Under the pieces are notes generated by a model. It was not told where the DNA came from and did no database searches. It saw nothing but the letters and a program-made list of their open reading frames with translations. From positions 14,582,464 through 14,646,463 of the forward strand of contig NC_043011.1 of NCBI RefSeq assembly GCF_006345805.1: a stretch of 64,000 nt of DNA. Reading direction: 5' to 3'. The position numbers were made by a program, and so were the translations under genes. Source of the DNA: Octopus sinensis (lineage: Eukaryota). The number at the start of each line of letters is the position of its first letter. Position 1 is the first letter of the stretch. Of the stretch, positions 25,721 to 38,017 are shown one piece after another.

Positions 25721-26669
25721 CAAGCACAACAACAGCAGCAGTAGTAGCAGCAACAACAGCAACAGTAGTAGTAGTAACAGCAGCAGCAATAATGATAGCA
25801 ATAGTAACATAGATAACAACAGCAGTGTATTGCAAGCTGTCTTCGTTTCTACCGTTTCTCATTTAATCCACACCTCACCAAGGATGGATTCAATATAATG
25901 GCCCCCTGGGCGACTGAAAGAAATAAAAATTCTCAGCTATGAAAACTAAGGAAAGTGCATAAAATTCTAACACAATTATTTTTTGTGGTATGGACATTAT
26001 TCATGAAATAATATTGCAAATACATTATTTTTTTGCTACACTTCTTGAATTTTCTTGCATTTATCTTTATTCATTGTACAAGTTTGTTTTTCCTGTTCTT
26101 TCTTTTCAATTTGGCAACTGCAGAATTCTTGTTTCTGTTCCTAACTTTGTAAATTTCATCTTCGATAAAGAAACTTATCTATTTCGTGCACGCAGAACGG
26201 TGTTGTAAGCTTATTTGAGTCGATAGCTAATTAGAGGCAAATCTTAACATGAAGTTTAAATGGCCTCGAGGCAAGTTCATGAAACTGATATGAATGCTTC
26301 GCAAGTATGATTAATCATATGAAAAATGCAAAATTGAATTGGTTTGAACTGTTATAAGGAATATGGGGGTAAGATATAAATACCTTACATCCATATACAA
26401 TTACATTTAGTAACTTCCATATAAGATAGACAGATGCACCAGCATACAATTCCACCACCATATACATAAACAAAAGATAGAATGACATGAAAATTGTATA
26501 TCCCTATGATAATTATATTTAAGTTTATAAGACTGCATAAGGAGATCTGTAACAAGATTTTATGCGTCTTCACGTGCCTTTATCAAACTCTCATTATTAC
26601 AGAGCTGCTTTACTGAAAATTGTAGACAAACGTATAAAGATACACTCCATTACTAATTTAATTCTCTAG

Positions 26670-26686
26670 ATATATATGTATGTATG

Positions 26687-26718
<32 letters not shown>

Positions 26719-26743
26719 TGTATGTTGTATGTATGTATGTATG

Positions 26744-26806
<63 letters not shown>

Positions 26807-26814
26807 TATATATA

Positions 26815-26866
<52 letters not shown>

Positions 26867-26867
26867 G

Positions 26868-26909
<42 letters not shown>

Positions 26910-26933
26910 TATATGTATATATATATATGTATA

Positions 26934-26991
<58 letters not shown>

Positions 26992-27008
26992 GTATATATA
27001 TATATATA
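26670..27008. repeat. (TATG)n/(TA)n microsatellite
   Basis: Directly visible. Confidence 0.95.
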
Positions 27009-27259
27009 TTCCAACCTACGGCTGTTCTCCCGTTTTTATTAAAAATTTGTGCGCATACACTTGTACTGTCTATTGATGCCGTAGATAATCGATGGTTTTT
27101 GAAATATTTTCTATAAAAAAATACTACGATTTCCTATTGTGCAAATAGTATTGCATGGGTTGATAATAGAATACTGAAGTATTCCCAGACAGTTTACGGT
27201 GTATAACGGCGGATTTCTTCTGCTGTATAGTTTGTTTAAGCACGCTCTTTCTCTCCCTA

Positions 27260-27290
<31 letters not shown>

Positions 27291-27373
27291 GTCTCTCTCT
27301 CTCTCTCTATCTACCTATCTATCTATCTATCTATCTATCTTTCTATTTATCTAACTGTTGCATGTTTGTCTAC

Positions 27374-27413
<40 letters not shown>

Positions 27414-27820
27414 ATATCTATCTATCTATCTTTCTATCTTTCTATCTATCTGTCTGTTGCCTGTCTGTCTACCTGTCTGTTGTGAAACATGTACCCAATT
27501 CCTAACAGTCCAAGAGATAATTATACTTTAATGAAATCATATTCAAATTCTTTAGTTATAGGATTTCATTGACTGAATCCAAATGTCGCTCCAATTAACG
27601 TCCTACATACACACTCGCGCGCACACATGCATAGAGTTACATTGATAAACTATGGTATAAAGCAATACACACGCGTACATGATTGCGCGCTTATGTCCTT
27701 ATATCCATGTGCTCACACACATATAACCATTCACACCAGCACCATCATACTCAGATGAAGTATGACGGCACTCACTCGTCTGTTATCTATCGTCCAGATA
27801 TCGATATCTTGCATCAATCA

Positions 27821-28447
27821 AAGGCGGCGAGCTGGCAGAAACGTTAGCATGCCGGAGCGAAATGCGTAGCCGTATTTCATCTGCCGTTACGTTCTGAGTT
27901 CAAATTCCACCGAGGTCGACTTTGCCTTTCATCTTTTCGGGGTCGATAAATTAAGTACCAGTTACGCACTGGGGTCGATATAATCGACTTAATAATCTGT
28001 TTATCTGTACTTGTTTGTCCTCTCTGTGTTTAGCCCCTTGTGGGTAGTAAAGAAATAGGTAATTCGTCTGCGGCTACGTTCTGAGTTCAAATTCCGCCGA
28101 GGTCGACTTTGCCTTTCATCCTTTCGGGGTTGATAAATTAAGTACCAGTTACGCACTGGGGTCGATGTAATCGACTTAATCCCTTTGTCTGTCCTTGTTT
28201 GCCTCTTCTGTGTTTAGCCCCTTGTGGGCAGTAAAGAAATAAGAATCGTTAGCATGCCGGGCAAAATGCTTAGCGGCATTTCCACCGTCTTAACGTTGTG
28301 TGTTTAAATTCTGCTGAGGTCAACTTTACCTTTCATCCCTTTAGGGGTCGATGAAATAAGCAATAGTTAAGCACTGGTGTTGATGTAATCAACCTACTCC
28401 CAAACCCCGAATTTGCAGGCCTTCTACCAAAATTTGAAATCAATATT
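27821..28447 (+). mobile_element. SINE family A multimer (head plus two bodies, then a third copy)
   Basis: Junction aagaaata|ggtaattcgtctg at ~28057. Confidence 0.85.
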
Positions 28448-29059
28448 ACCCCAATCATATACAAATATGATTGCCCTACTCTCTTTTCCTTTTACTCTCT
28501 TTTACTTGTTTCAGTCATTTGATTGCGCCCATGCTAGAACACCACCTTTAGTCGAGCAAATCAACCCCAGGACTTATTCTTTGGAAGCCTAGTACTTATT
28601 CCATTGGCCTCTTTTGCTGAACTGCTAAGTTACGGGGACGTAAACACACCAGCATCGGTTGTCAAGCGATGTTGGGGCGACAAACACAGACACACAAACA
28701 CACACACACACACACATACACACATGCATATATACGTGTTTAGACCCTTGTGGGTAGTAAAGAAATAGGTATTTCGTCTGCCGCTACGTTCCGAGTTCAA
28801 ATTCCACCGAGGTCAACTTTGCCTTTCATCCTTTCGGGGTCGATAAATTAAGTACACGTTATGCACTGGGGTCGATGTAATCGACTTAATCCCTTTATCT
28901 GCCCTTGTTTGTCCCGTTTATGTTTAGCCCCTTGTGGGCAATAAAGAAATAATATAAACAAATGTTATATATAATATAAATATAAAGGAACGTATTTTTT
29001 TCTAGTTTATTCTTAGATGGGAAAAGTGAAATTGTCCTGACCGATTTCAATCGTAGTTA

Positions 29060-29113
29060 TAGTATATCTAGTATATCTAGTATATCTAGTATATCTAGTA
29101 TATCTAGTATATC
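29060..29113. repeat. 9-bp tandem repeat (tagtatatc)x6
   Basis: Directly visible perfect repeat. Confidence 0.95.
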
Positions 29114-30564
29114 CGATTTCTCAACGCAGTAATGGTTAAAGTAGCTTGCACTGCTGCGTAGAGTGTACATTACATTTACAGTATCCAGACTATATAGGGC
29201 AGCAGTAATTTATTACATGTATTGGGTACTCACTCTTTTATAAATGTAAATGCACACACACATACATACACACACACACACGGATGTGTGACCCAACGAG
29301 CAAGTTTAGTCCTCATAGTCGTTGCTTGAAGAGAAATCTGGTTGTACAGAGTGCGGCAAAAACAACGGCTCAGATTCAATTTTTGGCAGTGTGAAATATG
29401 GGAGTTTTTTCTGCCGTACATTGTAGTTATAAGTCTGATTCAGTTATTAGCTTTTTCATTGTGAACTGTTTTGTATATTCAAAGTGATGAGAGCCTTGAG
29501 AAATAGCATTGTTTAAGTGTTATAATGCTAATTCTAATCGGATTAAAAGATTATATGTAGTGATTATATTGATAGCTTTCTTGGGCTTTCTATCAAACAA
29601 ACATATAAAAACTGTTCTGATTCTGCTCTTTGCCCCCATTTCTGTCTCTCTCACTTTCCTTCTTTTCTCTTTATCTCTCTATCTCTATCTCTCTTAAATC
29701 CTTATATGTTCCCGAATATAACTCGTTGTTTCACAATCTCTGAGAGCCGGAATCAAAGTTGCTTTCTGCTATTTACTTTGGATAGTGTAATTCAACTGTT
29801 ATGCGGGAACTATCTTGCTGTTAACTTCCTTTCTACTACACAACACATGATCTCTATTGATTCTAATATTGTCTTCCTACCGGAAAATGTAGTTCTCTGA
29901 ACTTATCCTAATATACATTAATAGCAGCACATATGACTCTTCAATATTTCTCAGTCTTAGGGTGGCGAGCTCGCAGAATCGTTAGCACACCAGGCAAAAT
30001 GTAGCATTTTGTCCGTCTTTATGTTCTGAGTTCAAATTCCACCGAGGTCTATTTTGCCTTTCATCTTTTCGGGGTCGATTAAATAAATACCCGTTGAGCA
30101 CTGGGTTCGATGTAATCAACTTACCCCTTCCCCAGAACTTGCTGGCCTTGCCTTGTTCCCGCATTTGAAACCAATGTTTCTCAATTTTTGATTTTATAAA
30201 ACGGTTGAAATATTTAAGCACTGAACTAAATGCTTTACAGTATTTATATTTTCTGCTGGCTGTGCTTTTGTCTCTAGCGTCTTCCAGGGTCGACTTTGTA
30301 TTTTTTCGTGCCACCTCCGGCTTCATAAATTAGTAAATAAGTAGTAGACACATACTGGAGTCGATTCAGACATTTCTCATTACAACTATCTGAGTTTTTG
30401 CTCATGTAAGAAATCCAAGTAAATCGTACCACTACTGTATAAATCTTTCTGAGATATTTAGAAATGTATTATTTCTATTTCTGTAATCAGTGAATGTATT
30501 TCATTAGAATTCTTATATGTTTGCAAGGGCTAGATGGCCATCTCCAAGTAGCAGGCTATGCTAC

Positions 30565-30607
30565 TCCAGACTGATGACGAGCAAAGACTCAGAAACTAGT
30601 CTCTGGA
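30565..30607 (+). ncRNA. Minimal type I hammerhead ribozyme
   Basis: tccaga-CTGATGA-c-gag(caaaga)ctc-a-GAAA-ctag-TC-tctgga; perfect 6-bp stem I, palindromic stem III, GUC site at 30599-30601. Confidence 0.88.
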
Positions 30608-31344
30608 TGCAGGCTTAGCTGGGTGGAAGTGCTTATCTCCCCCTTGCAAGCATAAGGACACAGGAAATGTGTCAAGGCCGACAGGAAGCGTTGCTGCTTC
30701 CTAGGGTTAAAAAGCAGTAGTATTATTCCCTTCATGGGACTGTCACATTAAGTTGACAATACACAATTACTTTAAGATTTTCAATTTAATATTTTGAGAA
30801 AATTTAAGGTGATAAGCTGGCAGAATTGCTAGTATGCCGGGAAAAAAGCTTCGTGGTATTTTGTCCGTCTTTACGTACTGTGTTGAAATTCTGTCGGGGT
30901 CGACTTCCCTAATTTCGGGGTCGATAAAATAAGCACCGGCTGAGCACTAGGATCGATGTAATCTACCTGCCTCCTCCGCCGAAATTTCTGGCCTTGTACC
31001 AAAATTTGAAACCAATATTTTGAGAAAATTTATCTCAAATCAATTAAATGGCAATCAATTATATTGAATTGTTCAGAGAGCTGACTTAACGGATATATCC
31101 ATGCATTATCTCAAACCTTTAAGACTAATTTTCAAATTTTAAAAGGACTGCGAAAACATTTGCTTATTATTTTGAAATATTTGATAAAATGTAAATATGA
31201 AATATGTTATAGAATAAGCCATAAGCATAAATGCTACATTTAATATTTATAGCAAACAAAACTTGAATGTTTTTCAATGAGTAGTACTAAATGTTATTGG
31301 CTGTACTGGGATATATTTAAAAGAGGATTCGCAGAAAAATATTG

Positions 31345-31756
31345 GGATCTTTTCGGTTTGAACGGCAGTTTTTAACATAATTTCTAGGTAACTAAACACT
31401 TTTAAACTTCGTATACGAGTAGAATGTGTTTATAAAACATCTTTTTCTCTTGGTTTTATGGAGAAAATTCTATAGTTTGTAAGATATTTGTTGTTTTTTT
31501 CTTCAATTTCTGCATTTTCAACCAATCAGTGACGTCTATTGAGGTAAAAACATTCTGTGCCGTATGAATATGCCCTTCGTTTACGAAACAGATTGGGTTT
31601 ATTTACATTTGTGAAGAAAAAAAGATACACTTCCCCCACTCCTAACCCTAACCCTAAAACATTGAAATGCAATAGATCGATTCTAGGGTCATAATTATGG
31701 GTGACAATTTCATATTACACCGCTAGAAAAAAATGCCGTGCAAACCGAAAAGATCC
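31345..31756. mobile_element. GG...CC telomeric-repeat MITE
   Basis: Family TIRs; flanked by ~90-bp direct repeats rather than an 8-bp TSD. Confidence 0.92.
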
Positions 31757-32476
31757 CAAAACTTAAAGAATATTTTTCAATTAGTAGTACTAAATGTTAT
31801 AGGTTGTACTGGGATGTATTTAAAAGAGGGGTCGCAGAAAAATTTTGGTTTGCTAAAAGGGACCACCAGGGAAAAAAATTTGCAACTGCTGTTTAATTAT
31901 ACCCTGTCATTCAAGCTGGATATGTATATAGAAACAGCTTCCGAGTCGAAACCGTTACTTCGTGCTCTACTGCTCAAATGTTCCACTGATTTCTAGAAAC
32001 TTTGGTTCGTGCCAAAAGGCACACATAGAGATAGGATCTAATTATTTGATGAGTAGAATGAAAGTCTTTCTCTCTGAACAATGATCGTTGAGAATATAAG
32101 ATGAAAGGAATATTTATGAAATTAATCTCATTAGATTTTCCATTGTGTAATAAAAGTTCATATAATATTTATAGTATTTCATGTAATCTTTTAATTAATT
32201 CACTAATGGGAGTCTGAGCTAATAAAACACCATGGAAATATCCGGATGTCATCGTCGTCCTATTAACTCCTTCCATTCCACTGGTGGCTACTGAACTCAC
32301 AAAGAACATTTGTCATCTAAACAGAAATTATACTGAAGTACCATGTTTTCAAACAATACGTGCATTCTTTTTCTCCGTTTCTTGTTTTTCTTCACTTTCT
32401 CCTTTTCCTCTTCCTCCTCCTCTTCTTCTTCTTCTTCTTCTTCTTCTTCTTCTTTCCCCAGTAAACTGGTAGTATC

Positions 32477-33445
32477 TGTTTCTTTACTACCCACAAGGGG
32501 CTAAACATAGAGGGGACAAACAAAGACAGACGAACGGATTAAGTCGATTACATCGACCCCAGTGCGTAACTGGTACTTAATTTATCGACCCCGAAAGGAG
32601 GAAAGGCAAAGTCGACCTCGGCTGAATTTGAACTCAGAACGTAGCTGCAGACAAAATACCTATTTCTTTACTACCCACAAGGGGTCAAACACATAGAGGA
32701 CAAACAAGGATAGACAAACGGATTAAGTCGATTACATCGACCCCAGTGCGTAACTGGTACTTATTTAATCGACCCCGAAAGGATGAAAGGCAAAGTCGAC
32801 CTCGGCTGAATTTGAACTCAGAACGTAGCGGCAGACAAAATACCTATTTCTTTACTACCCACAAGGGGTCAAACACATAGAGGACAAACAAGGATAGACA
32901 AACGGATTAAGTCGATTACATCGACCCCAGTGCGTAACTGGTACTTATTTAATCGACCCCGAAAGGATGAAACGCAAAGTCGACCTCGGCTGAATTTGAA
33001 CTCAGAACGTAGCGGCAGACAAAATACCTATTTCTTTATTACCCACAAGGGGTCAAACATAGAGGGGACAAACAAGGACACACAAACGGATTAAGTCGAA
33101 TACATCGACCCCAGTGCGTAACTGGTACTTAATGTATCGACCCCGAAAGGATGAAAGGCAAAGTCGACCTCGGCGGAATTTAAACTCAGAACGTAACGGC
33201 AGACAAAATACCTATTTCTTTATTACCCACAAGGAGCTAAACATATAGGAGACAAACAAGGACAGACATAGGTATTAAGTCGAATACATCGACCCCAGTG
33301 CGTAACTGGTACTTAATTTATCGACCCCGAAAGGATGAAAAGCAAAGTCGACCTCAGCAGAATTTGAACTCAGAACGTAACGGCAGACAAAATACCGCTA
33401 AGTATTTCGTCCGGCGTGCTAACGTTTCTGCCAGCTCGCCGCCTT
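32477..33445 (-). mobile_element. SINE family A pentamer (one head, five 184-bp bodies)
   Basis: Units start at 32477, 32661, 32845, 33029 and 33213; 15-bp TSD taaactggtagtatc at 32462-32476 and 33447-33461. Confidence 0.92.
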
Positions 33446-33776
33446 ATAAACTGGTAGTATCGTTAGAGGTCGGACAACACACTTTGCAACATTTCTTCCG
33501 GTTCCTTATTTCCTGAGTTCGAATCTTTGCGAAGTCAACTTTGCTTCCATCCTTTCAGAATTGACAAAAAGCAAGCAATAGTCAAGGTACTGGTTCGATG
33601 CAATCCACCAATTCTATACCTGCCAAATCGTTGGCTTTGTTAAATATTCTTCGTTTGGCGTATATCACGTAGACAGTTTGAGCAGGAAATATCGTCAACA
33701 AGTCTAAGCAAATAAAATATGAAATGTGTAACGGAAAACAGTTTTTTCTTGTATTTTCGCGGGTATTAGAGGTAGT

Positions 33777-34182
33777 GAATCTTTTCGGTTTGACCGGCAG
33801 TTTTTAACATAATTTCTAGGTAACTAAAAAATTTTAAACTTCGTATACTGGTAGAATGTGTTTATAAAACATCTTTTTCTCTTGGCTGTATTGAGAAAAT
33901 TCTATAATTTGTAAGATATTTGTTTTTTTTTCTTCAATTGCTGCAATTTCAACCAATCACTGACGTCTATTGAGTTAAAAAACATTCTGTGCAGTATGAA
34001 TATGTCCCTCGTTTAAGAAAGAGATTGGGTACATTTGTGAAGAAAAAAAGATACCTTCCCCCCACCCTAACCCTAACCCTAAAACAGATTGAAATGCAAT
34101 AGATCGATACTAGGGTCATAATTATGGGTGATAATTTCATATGACACCGCTAGAAAAACTGCCGTTCAAACCGAATAGATCC
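33777..34182. mobile_element. GG...CC telomeric-repeat MITE
   Basis: Family TIRs; TSD gaggtagt/gaagtagt. Confidence 0.92.
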
Positions 34183-35104
34183 GAAGTAGTCGTCAACAAC
34201 AGGTAACTAAAACTTGAATGGGTAGGTAAGCCAGAAAAAAAAAAAAAACGAAATTTTCGTTTAGTGATCTTTGAAGTGAAGTTATATCTTGGACCGATGA
34301 AAATTACGACTAAATCCTCGGGTAGTCAATAACAAGATGGTGGCATGCATTTTGGGGGTGAATAAGTGCGCAGTATTGCTTAGGAAGAGAGATCGAAAGA
34401 TTAAATCTGATGCGAGGAAAATGACACAAGATATCATTTGATCACTGAAAGAGAAGGAGTGAAATATGCTACTGAATTGAAAGTGTTAGATTGTAGCTGT
34501 GATTAGAAGAGTTACTTGAACTGTGAGAAAATAGAAAGCTCTGATATGAATTTATGTGTCTTTTGTTTTTGCTTTTCAGGTTCTTTGTTGTATCCGGTTG
34601 ACCGATTATTAATAGGTATCGGCTTTTTTTCTCTTGAAAATAACAATTCAAGATCCCCTTGCTTTGATAGTCTCTCGACTTCCTTTCGTAATAACTTTCA
34701 AACGAAATAACTTCCAAAGTACATTGATTTATATTTCTCTCTTTTATTATATCTGAGTGGTTCAATTTGGTCTCCGTGCAAACTGTAGAGGTGTGGTCTA
34801 GATTGTCGTAGTCGGATATTTGTCTTACACCATGTCTCGTGCGTGTTCATGCAATTTATTCTCTTAGTTGGTCACGATAAATTAGGATAGGTATGTCCTA
34901 TATTATTGTAGCCACCTCATTTTTACACACATTTGTGCATGATTAGACAATCTATCGTCTTAGTATTCACCCTCTCAGTTTTCATATCAATTTTCATGTT
35001 GATTTTCTTCCTTGCCCATTATTAGTGATGATGTTTTTTATTTTGTTTTTTATTTCGTATTTTTTTCTTAGTCTCATTTAAAATACACATTCAGTTTCGT
35101 TTTA

Positions 35105-35537
35105 GGATCTTTTCAGTTTGAACGGCAGTTTTTTAAAATAATTTCCACGTAACTAAACACTTTTAAACTTCGTATACTGGTAGAATCTGCTTATAAAACA
35201 TCTTTTTCTCTTGGCTTTATTGAGAAAATTCTATAGTTTGTAAGATATTTGTTGTTTTTTTCTTCAATTTCTGCAATTTCAACCAATCAATGACGTCTAT
35301 TGAGTTGAAAACATTCTGTGCCGTATGAATATGTCCCTCGTTTATGAAACAGATTGGGTTTATTTACATTTGTGAAGAAAAATAGATACCCTTCTCTCCA
35401 CCCCTAACCCTAACCCTAACTAACCCTAACCCTAAAACAGATTGAAATGCAATAGATCGATACTAGGTCATAATTATGGGTGACAATTTCATATGACACC
35501 GCTAAAAAAAAAACTGCCGTTCAAGCCGAAAAGATTC
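35105..35537. mobile_element. GG...CC telomeric-repeat MITE
   Basis: Family TIRs; TSD tcgtttta. Confidence 0.92.
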
Positions 35538-35865
35538 TCGTTTTATTCTTTGTACTGTTTTGTCTATATCGATAAAAGACAAAACCCTTTCTTCATCGTG
35601 ATCAGCTTTTCATTAGCTTTTACTCTGTTCTTTATAGTTTCCTTATTTACAGCAGGAAGGTTTTTCTATCGTTTTCTCAATGTCTTCTTATTGAACCAGG
35701 TAATTTCGCTTCAGTCAATTTGTAACGCTTCTCTGTTTATATCAAGTCCAACCCTCCTTGTATACTGGGGTAAATATATTCTATCTGTAACAACTGTATG
35801 ATGATGAGTAGTTTTAGTTTCTTTTATGAGTTCTTCAATTCCCTTAACTCCTAATTTAATTATAT

Positions 35866-36790
35866 TTATTTCTTTATTGCCCACAGGGAGCTAAATATAG
35901 AGGGGACAAACAAGGACAGACAAAGAGATTAAGTTGATTATATCGACCCCAGTGCGTAACTGGTACTTATTTAATCGATTCCGAAAGAATGAGATGGCAA
36001 AGTCGACCTCGACGAAACTTGAACTCAGACCGGCGTCCTGACGATTCTGCCAACTCGCTGCCCTTCTAATTTAATTATATATTCCTTTATTGCCCAGAAG
36101 GGGCTAAACATAGAGGGTACAAACAAGGACAGACAAAGGAATTAAGTCGATTATATCGACCCCAGTGTGTAACTGGTACTTATTTAATCGACCCCGAAAG
36201 GATGAAAGGCAAAGTCGACCGGTGAAACTTGAACTCAGGCCGGCGACCTGACGATTCTGCCAGCTCACCGCCCTTCTAATTTAATTATATTGAAGCAGTA
36301 GTTTTTGATTGGAATAAATATGGTATTTATAGCTATTATCTTATTTATCGTGTTGAGTTTAGTTTTTAATATTACTATTTAGTAAGGCAGCGTGCTGACA
36401 GAATCATTGGCACACCGGACAAATTACTTAGCGGCATTTCGTCCGTCTTTACGTTCTGAGTTCAAATTCTGTCGTGGTCAACTATGCCTGTCATCTCTTC
36501 GGGGTCGATAAAGTAAGTACCAGTTGAACACAAGGGTCGATGTAATCGATTTAACCTCCCCCGAAATTTGAAACTAACATTAGTTTTTAGGAAGGCAGAG
36601 TGCTGGCAGAATCGTCAGCACGCCAGGCGAAAAGCTTAGCAAAATTTCGTTCTGAGTTCAAATTCCACAGAAGTCGACTTCGCCTTTCGTCCTTTCGAGA
36701 TCGATAAAATAAGTACTAGTTGAGCACTGGGGTTGATGTAATCGACTAGCTTCTTTCTTCAAAATTGCTGGCCTTGTGTCAAAATTTGAA
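35866..36790. mobile_element. Cluster of four family A SINEs (two -, two +)
   Basis: - copies at ~35866-36065 and ~36082-36275; + copies at ~36384-36580 and ~36591-36797. Confidence 0.8.
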
Positions 36791-37649
36791 GTCAATATTT
36801 CTTTTTGGTGTAACTCTTCTGTAATAATCTTTATAAATTTTATCCTTCATTTCTACTTGTTGCTGTTAATATGGGTGTTTCTCATTTTTTGCTAGAATTT
36901 AACCCTGTTTCTCGTTTAGTACAATCCGCTCTTCTTAAAGTAGTTTTAGTGCATTTGTCAAATGTTAGCCATATTATCCTAATTCTGGTGCAGATTTTAA
37001 TAGGTTCTCCTGCTGGGCGTTGTTTCTTGCAACATCAAATTAGAGATTATTTATAATTATTCCACAGTATTGTTGGTGCTAATGTGCAACTTCAAGTCAT
37101 CTCTGATAAAGCAGATCTATAGCACAAAAGTCATCAATTGAACGAATTGTCACTAGTTGATGTAACTGGTAGATCTATTGATCTAGTTATATCAATAGTT
37201 CATTTAGCAGAGGGCCAAACTATACACACCCGACATGCAATGAAGAAATCTATGTGGTGCTGTATGACCGTCTGAATATGCCCTACTCTCTTCACCATGC
37301 ATTTTATCTCTGTACTCTTGCAGATTCTGGTAGTGGTCCAGCAGAGGCAGGCAAGAGGGCCACGGTCGGAGCTGCGACAGTAGTTGTTCCTCCATATTTA
37401 TTATTGATTATGTGTATCCCAGTACAATGTTTGGAGCTAACGATGCTATTTGTGTCGAAGCTATTTCTGTATTTTTCCGTCCTTGTTTTCGTATACATTC
37501 GCTACTTTCTTCCAAGGGATCTAGTGTTCTCAGCGTGTGTATGTATGTGTGTACGTGTCTGTTTGCGTGTGTGCGTGCGTGGGTTGTGTTATATTTGTAT
37601 CTGTGTGTGTGTGTATCGGCGTATATGTCTGTGTGTGTGTGTGTGTGCG

Positions 37650-37930
37650 TGAATGTACATTATCGTAAGTTGGGACAATTTTTGTACCCATCGTAGTCCC
37701 GATATCTGTTTACAAGTGTTATCATTAAAGTTGAAAACGTTGTTTTGAAAAATGAACTTAAGTCCTGCGATGATAAAATCTTTTTCTATTCTTTCTGGGA
37801 TCTCATTGGACATTTTCTATCCGTATTGGTGTAATCATAGTATAGAGGTTTATCACATCAATGGAGGCGATGAAAATGTCCTGTTGGAGTGTTTGGGGAG
37901 GTGGTTTAGGAGGTCCATGCCATGCTTAAC
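37650..37930 (-). pseudogene. Penelope-like (Neptune-type) RT fragment
   Basis: MDLLNHLPK, FDVINLYTMI (motif A), LKFIFQNNVFNFNDNTCKQISG (motif B'). Confidence 0.8.
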
Positions 37931-37979
37931 TGCTAAATCTACAGTTTTTTTCATTTACTCTCTGTTTTTTCCCCTTATT

Positions 37980-38017
37980 TCTTTCTGTTGAAGAGTGTAG
38001 GCTCGAAACGTAAAATA
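37980..38017 (+). ncRNA. Hammerhead-like variant (CUGUUGA core) in an inverted pseudo-LTR (~37935-38110)
   Basis: tcttt-CTGTTGA-a-gagt(gtag)gctc-GAAA-cg-TA-aaata, abutting the truncated RT in opposite orientation. Confidence 0.5.

Larger units (their letters stand above)
34480..37125 (-). mobile_element. Highly decayed R4/Dong-like (REL-endonuclease) non-LTR retrotransposon, fragmented by MITE and SINE insertions
   Basis: Motifs in expected order on the - strand: DLLY..DDLKL (~37110), FDKC (~36960), EMKDKIYKDYYRRV (~36830), ILKTKLNTINKIIAINTIFIP (~36350), DRIYLP (~35780), KTIDCLI and NHSDII (34950-34740). Confidence 0.65.

Noticed and set aside
37300-37385. Exon after the acceptor-like tctctgtactcttgcag
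   Set aside because: No convincing donor or recognisable peptide; lies between retroelement relics
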